Assembly (NCBI GenBank): GCA_037440025.1
Contig: JBBIUX010000004.1
Span: forward strand, 4,290-68,289
Length of the DNA stretch: 64,000 nucleotides
Source of the DNA: Candidatus Fraserbacteria bacterium
Lineage (GTDB): Bacteria > Bipolaricaulota > Bipolaricaulia > RBG-16-55-9 > DRXL01
Direction of reading: 5' to 3'
Positions 50,023 to 58,796 of this stretch are shown one piece after another. How positions within the stretch are numbered: the stretch's first letter is position 1; each line of letters opens with the position of its first letter. The notes under the pieces were generated by a model that searched no databases, was not told the DNA's origin, and worked only from the letters and a program-made list of their open reading frames with translations. The position numbers were made by a program, and so were the translations under genes.

Positions 50023-51308
50023 CAGCGCCTCCAACTAAGCTCACTTTAATGACAGGCGCAGAGGCTGCCGCTCATGCCATGCGCCAAGTCAGGCCGGATG
50101 TCGTGCCCATCTATCCCATCACGCCGCAGACGCCGGTCATCGAGACGTTTGCCCAATTTGTGGCCGACGGGCAATGCGACACGGAGATCATTACCGTAGA
50201 AAGCGAGCACAGCGCCATGAGCGCAGCTGTCGGAGCTTCTTGTGCGGGAGCACGGGTGATGACCGCGACCAGCTCACAGGGACTGGCATTGATGTTAGAG
50301 ATCGTCTACATCGCAGCCTCCATGCGCTGCCCCATCGTGTTAGCTATCGGCAGCCGGGCACTCTCCGGCCCCATTAATATTCACTGCGATCACTCTGATA
50401 GCATGATGGCCCGCGACGCCGGCTGCGTGCAAATATTCGCTGAGAACGCCCAAGAAGCCTATGATATGATGGTGGTCGCCCAACGGCTGGCCGAAGACCG
50501 ACGGGTCTTGGTCCCAGTGATGGTGATGCAAGACGGCTTTACGATCACCCACTCAGCCGAGCCGGTCGCGCTTCTGCCCGATGAGACGGTGAAAGAATTT
50601 GTTGGCGAGTACGAGCCGCTCTATCCCTTGCTCGATACAGATCGTCCGACGACGCAGGGGCCTTTTGTGCTGCCCGACTATTACTTTGAGCTCAAGCGCC
50701 AGCAGGTGGACGCGCTCGAAGCAGCTCGTGACGTCTGGCTGGAACTACAAGAGAAGTTCGCTGCGATTTCGGGCCGTCGCTATCAGGGGTTCTTTGAGGA
50801 GTATAAGCTCAGCGATGCGGAGTATGCTCTGGTGATACTGAGCTCGACGGCAGGTACAGCGAAAGTCGTCGTTGATCGTCTGCGGCGCAAGGGGATCAAG
50901 GTTGGGCTCTTAAAACTCTGGCTCTTCCGACCCTTTCCGGGAAAAGAAATTGCTCAGGCATTGGCCGATAAGCGAGCTGTCGCCGTTTTGGATCGTGCGA
51001 TCTCTTTTGGGAGCTGGGGGCCTTTGTATCTCGAGATCGGCGCGGCGCTCAATAGAGCCCTCACCCCCGACCCCTCTCCCGGACCTAACCCCACCCCCTT
51101 CCCTAAAGGGAAGGGGCTCCCCTCCCTCTTTAGGGGAGGGGTTGGGGGAGAGGTCAGAGGGGTGAGGGCCTCAGGTCCCAGAATCTATAACTATATCTAC
51201 GGTTTGGGTGGACGCGACACCCCTCCGGAGCTTTTAGCTTCAGTCGTCACCGATCTCCAGAGCGAACTCGACCCAACAGTGCTGCGCTATCTGGGGCTGC
51301 GGGAGTGA
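50013..51308 (+). CDS. porA: 2-oxoacid:ferredoxin oxidoreductase alpha subunit, with an in-frame palindromic-element insertion near the C-terminus. The start is likely MRVAAPPTKL at 50013.
   Basis: Por alpha family sequence. The insertion encodes TPDPSPGPNPTPFPKGKGLPSLFRGGVGGEVRGVRASG between conserved blocks. Confidence 0.85.
   Translation: MRVAAPPTKLTLMTGAEAAAHAMRQVRPDVVPIYPITPQTPVIETFAQFVADGQCDTEIITVESEHSAMSAAVGASCAGARVMTATSSQGLALMLEIVYIAASMRCPIVLAIGSRALSGPINIHCDHSDSMMARDAGCVQIFAENAQEAYDMMVVAQRLAEDRRVLVPVMVMQDGFTITHSAEPVALLPDETVKEFVGEYEPLYPLLDTDRPTTQGPFVLPDYYFELKRQQVDALEAARDVWLELQEKFAAISGRRYQGFFEEYKLSDAEYALVILSSTAGTAKVVVDRLRRKGIKVGLLKLWLFRPFPGKEIAQALADKRAVAVLDRAISFGSWGPLYLEIGAALNRALTPDPSPGPNPTPFPKGKGLPSLFRGGVGGEVRGVRASGPRIYNYIYGLGGRDTPPELLASVVTDLQSELDPTVLRYLGLRE
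51058..51180. repeat. Palindromic element copy R7 inside porA, in frame. It shares the hairpin pair with R5 and has the GGGGTGAGGGCC terminus of R2, R3 and R6.
   Basis: CCCTTCCCT-AAA-GGGAAGGG and CCCCTCCCTC-TTTA-GGGGAGGGG hairpins, followed by ...GGTCAGAGGGGTGAGGGCC. Confidence 0.8.
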
Positions 51309-52267
51309 TTTTTGTGCCCAACACCAAAGAGCTGGCACATCATGAAGAAGTGTGCAAGCGGTTCACCGGTGCCCATGCCCTGTGTGCCGGGTGCGGCATT
51401 CCGGTCTGTGTGCGCACTATTTTGAATGCGATTGAGGAGCCGGTCGTGGTGCTCAACGCCACAGGCTGTCTCGAAGTCGCCACGACGCGCTACCCCACAA
51501 CGGCATGGAACGTCCCGTGGCTGCATGTCGCTTTTGAGAATACGGCTGCGGTTGCCAGTGGAGTCGAAACAGCCTATCGTATTTTACGGCGGCGGGGCAA
51601 GATTACCAAAGACATACGCTTTGTCGCCTTTGGGGGTGATGGCGGCACGTATGATATAGGCTTGCAGGCCCTTTCTGGGGCTCTGGAGCGCGGGCATAGA
51701 TTTCTCTATGTGTGCTACGACAACGAGGCGTATATGAACACAGGCAACCAGCGTTCCGGGGCGACTCCCTTCGCGTCTCAGACGACGACGGCTCCCACGG
51801 GAGAAAAGAGCTTTGGCAAGCCCCAGCGACGCAAAGACCTCACGGAGATCGTTGCCGCTCACCATGTTACGTATCTCGCTCAGGCTTCCATCAGCGATTG
51901 GCATGATCTGGCAGTCAAGGTCCGCAAGGCCGTCTCGGTGGAAGGCTCATCGTTTCTGAATGTTCTTTCGACCTGTCCGCGCGGGTGGGGACATCCTTCT
52001 GATCAGAGCATCAAGATCGCTCATCTTGCCGTGGAGACGTGCTATTGGCCCTTGTACGAGATCACTGACGGGAGATGGCACGTCAATTATATCCCTGAAG
52101 AGAAGCGCCCGATCACAGAGTGGCTGTGCTTGCAGCAGCGATTTGCCCATCTCTTTGAGCCGAGAAATAAAGGGCTCTTGCTTCAGATCCAGCAGCAAGT
52201 AGATGAAGACTGGGATCGTCTGGTGCGCAAGTGTCAGGAGTCGGATGGGGTTTATGAGACGCTATGA
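51305..52267 (+). CDS. porB: 2-oxoacid:ferredoxin oxidoreductase beta subunit (TPP-binding).
   Basis: GDGG..D TPP motif (FGGDGGTYDIG). C..C cluster ligands. Confidence 0.88.
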   Translation: MIFVPNTKELAHHEEVCKRFTGAHALCAGCGIPVCVRTILNAIEEPVVVLNATGCLEVATTRYPTTAWNVPWLHVAFENTAAVASGVETAYRILRRRGKITKDIRFVAFGGDGGTYDIGLQALSGALERGHRFLYVCYDNEAYMNTGNQRSGATPFASQTTTAPTGEKSFGKPQRRKDLTEIVAAHHVTYLAQASISDWHDLAVKVRKAVSVEGSSFLNVLSTCPRGWGHPSDQSIKIAHLAVETCYWPLYEITDGRWHVNYIPEEKRPITEWLCLQQRFAHLFEPRNKGLLLQIQQQVDEDWDRLVRKCQESDGVYETL

Positions 52268-52487
52268 GCAGGGCAGTTTTTTCTTAGCGATTGAGCCGCG
52301 TCGCTGTAAAAGCTGCGGAGTCTGCGTCCAGAGTTGCCCCACGGGGATTCTCGTACTGAATGGGGAAGGCAAAGTCACGGTGCAGGATATCGCTCGTTGT
52401 GTCTTCTGTGGCATCTGTGAACAGAGATGCCCAGACTTTGCCATCTCCGTGCACAAGGACGCTGTGTTGCAGCCATCACCCCTATGA
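52245..52487 (+). CDS. Ferredoxin-like delta subunit of a second 2-oxoacid:ferredoxin oxidoreductase. The start is uncertain (52203, 52245 or 52254).
   Basis: CKSCGVCVQSCP and CVFCGICEQRCP motifs. ATGA overlap with the downstream alpha gene. Confidence 0.65.
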   Translation: MGFMRRYEQGSFFLAIEPRRCKSCGVCVQSCPTGILVLNGEGKVTVQDIARCVFCGICEQRCPDFAISVHKDAVLQPSPL

Positions 52488-53686
52488 AAAAGAAGAGAAG
52501 CAGCAGCCAGACGAGACGCGCAACGCATGCAAACAACAACAGAGAGCCGGAGCTCGTTCAAGGCAATGAGGCTTGTGCTCAAGGCGCTCTCTATGCGGGT
52601 TGCCGTTTTTTTGCTGGGTATCCCATTACTCCCAGCAGTGAGATCATGGAATACCTAGCCCGCGAGCTTCCCAAGGCCGGCGGCGTCTGTATACAGATGG
52701 AGGACGAGATCGCTTCTATTTCGGCAGTGATTGGGGCTTCGTGGGGCGGCGCCAAAGCAATGACGGCCACGAGCGGGCCGGGGTTTTCGCTCATGCAAGA
52801 GAGCATTGGCTACGCCGCGATCACGGAGACCCCCTGTGTCATCGTGGATGCCCAGCGCGGTGGCCCCAGCACCGGCCAGCCGACGAAGGCTGCTCAGGGA
52901 GATGTGATGCAAGCTCGTTGGGGCACCCACGGCGATCACCCCGTGATCGTCCTAACGGCTTCGTGGGTGCGCGAGATCTTTGAGATGACTGTGTATGCTT
53001 TTAATCTCTCGGAGAGGTACCGGGTGCCGGTGATCTTATTGCTGGACGAGGTGCTCGCGCATCTGCGCGAGAATGTTGTCTTGCCGGAGCCCGGAGAATT
53101 GGAAGTGATCTCCCGTCGCCGCCCGGAGGACCCAGAGGAGTTTCGACCGTTTCTTGATGAGGCTATGGTCAACTTCGGTGAAGGCGCTCGGCTGATGGTC
53201 ACGGGGATGTCTCATGATGAGATGGGGTTCCCAGCTCAGGGCAAGAAGGCCGCCGAGCAGCTGAGACGAATCGTCGCGAAGATCGAAAGCCGAGCTGAAG
53301 CATTGGCCCTCTATCAGGCGCATTTTATAGATGATGCCGAATGTGTGATTATCAGTTACGGAATAACCAGCCGTGCCGCCGAAGAAGCGGTCCGGGAGTT
53401 ACGGGCCGCCGGAATCTCGGTGGGCTGGCTTGATCTCAAAACTCTGTGGCCCTTTCCAGAAAAGTTGGTGCGTTCCTGCACGGAGAACGCACGCTATGTG
53501 CTTGTCCCGGAACTGAATCTCGGGCAACTGGTGCGGGAGGTAGAACGTGCTGTGGCGGGTCGTGCCCTGGTCGAGCATGTGGGCCGTGTGGATGGTGCAT
53601 TGATCACGCCGCAAGAGATCTGTCAGAGCCTGCGTGAACGCGAATCTGTAGGATATACTGTCGGTCGGAGGGCGCATGGCCCATAA
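52484..53686 (+). CDS. Second 2-oxoacid (likely 2-oxoglutarate):ferredoxin oxidoreductase alpha subunit (KorA-like).
   Basis: LVQGNEACAQGALYAGCRFFAGYPITPSSEI N-terminus typical of KorA/OorA. Confidence 0.8.
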   Translation: MKKKRSSSQTRRATHANNNREPELVQGNEACAQGALYAGCRFFAGYPITPSSEIMEYLARELPKAGGVCIQMEDEIASISAVIGASWGGAKAMTATSGPGFSLMQESIGYAAITETPCVIVDAQRGGPSTGQPTKAAQGDVMQARWGTHGDHPVIVLTASWVREIFEMTVYAFNLSERYRVPVILLLDEVLAHLRENVVLPEPGELEVISRRRPEDPEEFRPFLDEAMVNFGEGARLMVTGMSHDEMGFPAQGKKAAEQLRRIVAKIESRAEALALYQAHFIDDAECVIISYGITSRAAEEAVRELRAAGISVGWLDLKTLWPFPEKLVRSCTENARYVLVPELNLGQLVREVERAVAGRALVEHVGRVDGALITPQEICQSLRERESVGYTVGRRAHGP

Positions 53687-54509
53687 TTTTCAAGAGTATC
53701 TCAGACTGGAAAAGTTGCCCCACGTCTGGTGCCCCGGCTGTGGTCATGGGATGATCACCCATGCGCTGGCCCAGGCAATGGCTGAGCTGGAATTAGATTC
53801 CCGGCAAACGGTCGTGGTGGGCGGGATCGGCTGCTCTGGGCGCGCGGCGTTTCTCTTCGATATGGACACCATGCATACGACTCACGGGCGGGCCATTGCC
53901 TTTGCGGCCGGCCTGAAGCTCGTGCGGCCCACGCTAACGGTTCTGTTGACTCTTGGCGACGGTGATGCCCTGGGCATCGGAGGCAATCACTTTATTCACG
54001 CTTGTCGGCGCAATTTGGACTTAACAGCGATTATCTATAACAATTCGATTTACGGCCAGACGGGTGGACAGCTTGCGCCGACAACGCCCTCTTATAAGAA
54101 GAGCACGACCAGCCCCTATGGGAATCTCGAGCATCCGTTCGATATCGCACGGCTCGCTGCGGCTGCCGGCGCAACGTATGTAGCCCGAACGACCAGTTTT
54201 GATTTCCCTGATATGGTAAAGCGTATCACACAAGGCATTGTTCATAAGGGGTTTTCCGTCATAGAAGTTCTCACTGATTGCCCGACGTATTACGGGCGGA
54301 TGAACGACATGCGCGATCCCTATGAGATGCTGCACCATCTCAAAGAGCATACGGTGCCTGTCGAAGACTGGGAAAAGCTGAGCGATGAAGAACGCGCTGA
54401 TAAAATAGTCATCGGCGAGTTGGTTTGTGAAGAACGCCCGGAGTTTGTCGAGAGTTACTATCGTTTGATAGCACGGGTACAAGTGCGGGTGGAAGCGCAT
54501 GGCCACTAA
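53676..54509 (+). CDS. Second 2-oxoacid:ferredoxin oxidoreductase beta subunit (KorB-like, TPP-binding).
   Basis: WCPGCGHG and GDGDALGIGGNHF TPP motifs. Confidence 0.85.
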   Translation: MAHNFQEYLRLEKLPHVWCPGCGHGMITHALAQAMAELELDSRQTVVVGGIGCSGRAAFLFDMDTMHTTHGRAIAFAAGLKLVRPTLTVLLTLGDGDALGIGGNHFIHACRRNLDLTAIIYNNSIYGQTGGQLAPTTPSYKKSTTSPYGNLEHPFDIARLAAAAGATYVARTTSFDFPDMVKRITQGIVHKGFSVIEVLTDCPTYYGRMNDMRDPYEMLHHLKEHTVPVEDWEKLSDEERADKIVIGELVCEERPEFVESYYRLIARVQVRVEAHGH

Positions 54510-55038
54510 ACAGATACAGCTCACGGGGGCGGGGGGGCAGGGGTTGGTCTTGGCTGGTATCATCTTGGCTGAAGCGGCAATGCGCGACGGCAAGAACGTC
54601 GCAGTCGCGCAGAGCTACGGCCCTGAAGCCCGCCTGGGAGCCAGTAAAGCCGAAGTCATCATTTCGACCGAAAAGATCGCCTACCCGCAGGTAACGCATC
54701 CCCATATTTTGCTCTGTCTCTCGCAAGAAGCTTTTGATAAATATCTTCCGGCTGTAGCCGAGCAGGTCCTGGTATTGATAGACTCACTGCAGGTGCAAGT
54801 GCCATCGTCAACGCAGAAAAACATTCGTACGTTGCCGCTCGTGCGTTCAGCTGTCGAGCAAGTTGGCACCAAATTGGTCGCCAATGTTATTGCTTTAGGA
54901 GCACTGAATGCGCTGGCGGAATTGGTCTCGTGGGAGAATTTGCAGGAGGCGGTGGCGCGCCGGACGCCGGAAAAGTATCGAGCCCAGAACCTACGCGCCC
55001 TGGAGATCGGTCGTCAGTTGGCTCAAACGCTACAATGA
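54499..55038 (+). CDS. Second 2-oxoacid:ferredoxin oxidoreductase gamma subunit (KorC-like).
   Basis: QIQLTGAGGQGLVLAG N-terminus typical of gamma subunits. Confidence 0.75.
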   Translation: MATKQIQLTGAGGQGLVLAGIILAEAAMRDGKNVAVAQSYGPEARLGASKAEVIISTEKIAYPQVTHPHILLCLSQEAFDKYLPAVAEQVLVLIDSLQVQVPSSTQKNIRTLPLVRSAVEQVGTKLVANVIALGALNALAELVSWENLQEAVARRTPEKYRAQNLRALEIGRQLAQTLQ

Positions 55039-55061
55039 CGCAGACAAAGGAGGCCTGATCT

Positions 55062-56339
55062 ATGGCAACAACGGCAGAAGTCAAACGAGAAGGCGAGCTA
55101 AAGATGCTCAAGACGGCACGGTATTTTTTCGATGTGGCGGCGAACAGGCTGAAGCTAGAAGAGAGTCTAGTGGAGCTCTTGCGCTACCCAAAGCGCAAGC
55201 TGATCGTCAACTTCCCCGTGCGCATGGACGATGGCCGGACGATTAACTTTGAGGGCTATCGCGTGCAATGTCACCCAGTGCTGGGGCCGGGCAAGGGCGG
55301 TATTCGCTATCATCCGGACACCACGGTCGAGGAGGTCGAAGCCTTGGCTGTCCTGATGAACTGGAAGTGCGCGGTGGCCGGATTGCCCTTTAGTGGGGCC
55401 AAGGGTGGCGTCAAGTGCAACCCCAAAGAGATGTCTGTTGGGGAGATCGAGCGGCTCACCCGGCGCTATGCGGCGGAAATCTCGCCGATCATCGGGCCAG
55501 ACGCAGATATTCCTGCACCCGATGTGTACACAAGCTCGCGGGAGATGGCTTGGATCGTGGACACGATCAGCATGCATAAGAGCGGCGAATTCGTGCCCGG
55601 TCTCGTGACGGGTAAGCCGTTGCTGCTGGGCGGCTCCCTGGGGCGTGAGACGGCCACGGCCCGCGGCGGCTTCTTCTGCACGCTCGAGGCGCTCGATCAC
55701 TTAAAAACCAAGCTCGCAGGGGCTACGGTTGCTATTCAGGGCTATGGCAACGCCGGGTGGTACTATGCCAATTTCGTGCATGAAGCCGGCGCCAAAGTGA
55801 TCGCGGTGAGCGACTCGCGTGGCGGTATCTATAATAGCAAAGGTCTCGACCCTCAAGCCGTCCAAGCGTTCAAGAAAGAGACGGGCACGGTCGTCGGTTT
55901 CAAGGGAGCAGATAAGATCACTAACGAAGAGCTGTTGGAACTCAAGTGTGACATCCTAGCGCCTTCCGCGTTGGAGGACCAACTGCATGAGCGCAACGCC
56001 AGCAAAGTGCAAGCTCGGGTCATCTGCGAGCTGGCCAACGGTCCGACGACACAAGAAGCCGATGCCATTTTGTACCAGCGGGGGATCTTTGTCATCCCGG
56101 ATATTTTGGCCAACTCCGGCGGTGTCACGGTCTCGTACTTTGAGTGGGTGCAAGATCGTTATCGTTACTTCTGGGACGCTAAGAAAGTGGACAAGCGCCT
56201 GAAGCTCTTTATGACGGAATCGTTCCGGCGTGTTCTGGCCATGCACCTCAAAGAGAAAGTAGACGTACGCACGGCGGCATTTATGACGGCCGTAGCTCGT
56301 GTTGCCGAAGCGGCGCGGGCTCGCGGACTGTACGCCTAG
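55062..56339 (+). CDS. Glutamate dehydrogenase (Glu/Leu/Phe/Val dehydrogenase family), paralog 2.
   Basis: GPGKGGIRYHPD and GAKGG motifs. Highly similar to ORF 61..1332 in the opposite orientation. Confidence 0.9.
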   Translation: MATTAEVKREGELKMLKTARYFFDVAANRLKLEESLVELLRYPKRKLIVNFPVRMDDGRTINFEGYRVQCHPVLGPGKGGIRYHPDTTVEEVEALAVLMNWKCAVAGLPFSGAKGGVKCNPKEMSVGEIERLTRRYAAEISPIIGPDADIPAPDVYTSSREMAWIVDTISMHKSGEFVPGLVTGKPLLLGGSLGRETATARGGFFCTLEALDHLKTKLAGATVAIQGYGNAGWYYANFVHEAGAKVIAVSDSRGGIYNSKGLDPQAVQAFKKETGTVVGFKGADKITNEELLELKCDILAPSALEDQLHERNASKVQARVICELANGPTTQEADAILYQRGIFVIPDILANSGGVTVSYFEWVQDRYRYFWDAKKVDKRLKLFMTESFRRVLAMHLKEKVDVRTAAFMTAVARVAEAARARGLYA

Positions 56340-56371
56340 TTAATAGATAAGGCGACGTTGGTAGGGGCACG

Positions 56372-57493
56372 GTGACCGTGCCCCTCTGTCTTTCTCGTCG
56401 TCTGCCTCCTGCTAAAGACGATCGGCCCGCCAAGGGTTTGCAGCAGGGCAGCAATCGGCATCCGTTTGGCGCTTTGCTCTCATCTATGCTATGCTCTCTT
56501 CCGTCTATGTGGTGGCTGAGTCTGGGGGCATTTTTCGCAAGCTTGGTCTTGACATGGTTATGGCTTGGCCTGCAAGGGCGCAGAAAGCTCGGCCAGCCCA
56601 TTCGTGACTACGGCCCAGAGATACACACTCATAAGAAAGGCACGCCTACAGCGGGTGGAGTCTCGCTCTTGCTCGCGTTCTTCTTGAGCTGGGCCGTGCT
56701 GCTTCAGAGTCCACCAGATGCAAAAGCGCTCTTCGTCGGTGGAGCTATGCTGGGCTTCGGACTGATTGGCTTCCTCGATGATGGGCTCAAAATGTTTCAG
56801 CAACACTCGCAAGGTCTGCTGGGGCGACACAAGCTGCTCTTGCAGTGTGTTGTTTGCAGTTTGCTCGCCTGGGGAGCGTTCGTCTTTGCGCCTTTGCCCT
56901 CGGTACGAATCCCATTTGTTGGAGAGACCGTCGCGCTCTCTCCCTGGCTCTTTGTGGGATTAGTCTTTCTGGTCTTTATCAGCACAGTGAATGCTTTCAA
57001 CGAGACCGACGGTCTGGACGGCCTTCTCGGAGGCGTGACGCTGATCGCGCTGGGGGCGTATGGGGTCATTCTTTGGCTCCAGAGCGAGCTCACGCTCTTG
57101 AGCGTCGTCTTGCTCGCTGCGATGGCCCTGTTGGGTTTTTTGTGGTGGAACGCCCATCCGGCGAGAATTATCTTAGGCGACACCGGCTCGTTTGCGCTCG
57201 GCGGACTGATTGGGGCGTTGGCGCTGGTGACCGGCACGGCGCTCTTGCTGCCGTTGCTCGCGCTCATTCCCGTGCTGGAGACGCTCTCGGTGATTATTCA
57301 AGTTATCAGCTTCAAGCTTTTTAAGAAGCGCGTCTTCAAAGTTTCGCCGCTGCACCATCACTTCGAAAAAGCCAAGGGCGTTGACTATGAGTTTTTTCTG
57401 CCCAACCAAGAGTGGCCCGAAGTCCTCATCACACTAAGATTTTGGATTGTCGCTGTGATCGGGGCGCTGTTGGGACTGCTAGGGTATCGCTAA
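56372..57493 (+). CDS. mraY: Phospho-N-acetylmuramoyl-pentapeptide transferase-like (MraY/WecA GT4 family). The start is uncertain, probably an internal Met near 56500.
   Basis: HTHKKGTPTAGG (the MraY-type loop motif), LIGFLDDGLKMF and NAFNETDGLDGL motifs. About 10 transmembrane helices. Confidence 0.7.
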   Translation: MTVPLCLSRRLPPAKDDRPAKGLQQGSNRHPFGALLSSMLCSLPSMWWLSLGAFFASLVLTWLWLGLQGRRKLGQPIRDYGPEIHTHKKGTPTAGGVSLLLAFFLSWAVLLQSPPDAKALFVGGAMLGFGLIGFLDDGLKMFQQHSQGLLGRHKLLLQCVVCSLLAWGAFVFAPLPSVRIPFVGETVALSPWLFVGLVFLVFISTVNAFNETDGLDGLLGGVTLIALGAYGVILWLQSELTLLSVVLLAAMALLGFLWWNAHPARIILGDTGSFALGGLIGALALVTGTALLLPLLALIPVLETLSVIIQVISFKLFKKRVFKVSPLHHHFEKAKGVDYEFFLPNQEWPEVLITLRFWIVAVIGALLGLLGYR

Positions 57494-57540
57494 GCCCCTC
57501 AGGTTTGATTCCCCCATCGCTTTTCTTTTATAGTGAGATC

Positions 57541-57774
57541 ATGATTAGGATTAGTGCCAATGTAGAAAGGCTTATAGTCGAGCAGGCTGCGTTGATCGCA
57601 GCCCAGATGAACTCTATCGCCCGTTCAGCCCGCTCTGAAGAGGACGTGCGTCACGAGTGCAACAAGCTCATTGAAGATTTTCTTCAGAAAGCCGGACTTC
57701 AGATCAAAGGGCGTCACGAGTACGGGCTGGCTGGTGGACGGGTAGATTCAAAATATGCTGGGATGGCTCTGTAG
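57541..57774 (+). CDS. Hypothetical small protein (77 aa). The longer listed ORF from 57412 overlaps the mraY end.
   Basis: ORF only, with a weak RBS. Confidence 0.25.
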   Translation: MIRISANVERLIVEQAALIAAQMNSIARSARSEEDVRHECNKLIEDFLQKAGLQIKGRHEYGLAGGRVDSKYAGMAL

Positions 57775-57789
57775 AAATCCTTGGGTGCC

Positions 57790-57894
57790 GGATGCTCAAG
57801 CATCCGTCTCAGCAGATACAAGCCCGCTGAAGCGGGCTGGTGAGCGTGCTTGAGCACGCTTCCACCTGCTGAGCCGGCGACTTGAGTCGCCGGT
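57790..57894 (+). other. Array of four tandem short hairpins with tetraloops (TCAA, TGAA, TTGA, TTGA); candidate structured RNA or REP-like element.
   Basis: GGATGC-TCAA-GCATCC, AGCCCGC-TGAA-GCGGGCT, AGCGTGC-TTGA-GCACGCT and CCGGCGAC-TTGA-GTCGCCGG, read directly. Confidence 0.45.
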
Positions 57895-58032
57895 CCCAGG
57901 GAGGTTTTCTACAGAGCCGTTCTACCGACCACTGCTTCCGTATCATTTGGTAGCGGTTGTCAAGCGACTGGATGGAGACGGATTCATTATCACAAGCTAT
58001 GTGACAGATAGGATCAAGGAAGGAGAGCAGAT

Positions 58033-58251
58033 ATGGCCCACATCCGCGTGATCCATGATCCAATTGGAGAGACGCTCACGGTCTATTGGAAGGCTCCTTC
58101 GCAAGATCAAATATGCGAGGAGACAGGCGAAGGCGTGATTCTTATCAAAGATCGCCAGACCGGAGAAATCATCGGCTTTGAGCGGCTCTACTATAAGCCT
58201 GAGGCCCAAGTGCAGGCCGTCACCGTAGAGACGGTCGAAGCCGTTCGGTAA
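58033..58251 (+). CDS. DUF2283-like small protein.
   Basis: 72 aa. N-terminus IRVIHDPIGETLTVYW resembles the DUF2283 YDxExDxLYI motif. Confidence 0.45.
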   Translation: MAHIRVIHDPIGETLTVYWKAPSQDQICEETGEGVILIKDRQTGEIIGFERLYYKPEAQVQAVTVETVEAVR

Positions 58252-58262
58252 ATTGGTCAGAG

Positions 58263-58796
58263 ATGGCTCTCTTCCAACGCAAACCAGAAAAATATTTTCA
58301 GTTTTATGCTCAGGTGCACTTTCTCACCTGCGAGTTGTGCTTGAGCCATCACGGGGAGATTACTGATACTCCTACACTTCAACCCCCATTACACCCGACG
58401 TGTCGCTGCCATCTGCTCGAATTTCTCCCTACAGAGCTAGAATACTATCGCGAACAGGCCGAACGGATGAGACTTCGTGCTCAGCAAGAGCTTCAACGCC
58501 GCCAGCTCTGGAGAGAAGCCGTCGAGAGCTTAAACGGCGCCGACCCCACACAAGCTGAGGCGCTCTTTCGCCAAGCGGCCCAGGTCGAATTCTACCTCGA
58601 AGAGGTCGAACAGCTCTGCCAAGAGAAGCGCGACTTGCTTGCAAGCACCCCGGAGCTGCGCGCGCGGTTGCAGAAGCTCTTTATAAAGTCCTATCGCATG
58701 AAATTTAGCTTAGACAAATATCGCCCGATGTCCTCGCGGCTGATCTTGCTGTGGGAGACCCAGGGGATCGAACGGATCAAAGAACTCTTGCCATGA
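58263..58796 (+). CDS. Hypothetical protein with an N-terminal Cys/His cluster containing a PLHPxCRC motif (phage MuF-C-terminal-like), followed by a predicted coiled coil.
   Basis: CELCLSHHGEI...PPLHPTCRCHL. Recalled similarity to the HPNCRC motif of phage head morphogenesis (Mu F/SPP1 gp7) C-terminal domains. Confidence 0.4.
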   Translation: MALFQRKPEKYFQFYAQVHFLTCELCLSHHGEITDTPTLQPPLHPTCRCHLLEFLPTELEYYREQAERMRLRAQQELQRRQLWREAVESLNGADPTQAEALFRQAAQVEFYLEEVEQLCQEKRDLLASTPELRARLQKLFIKSYRMKFSLDKYRPMSSRLILLWETQGIERIKELLP

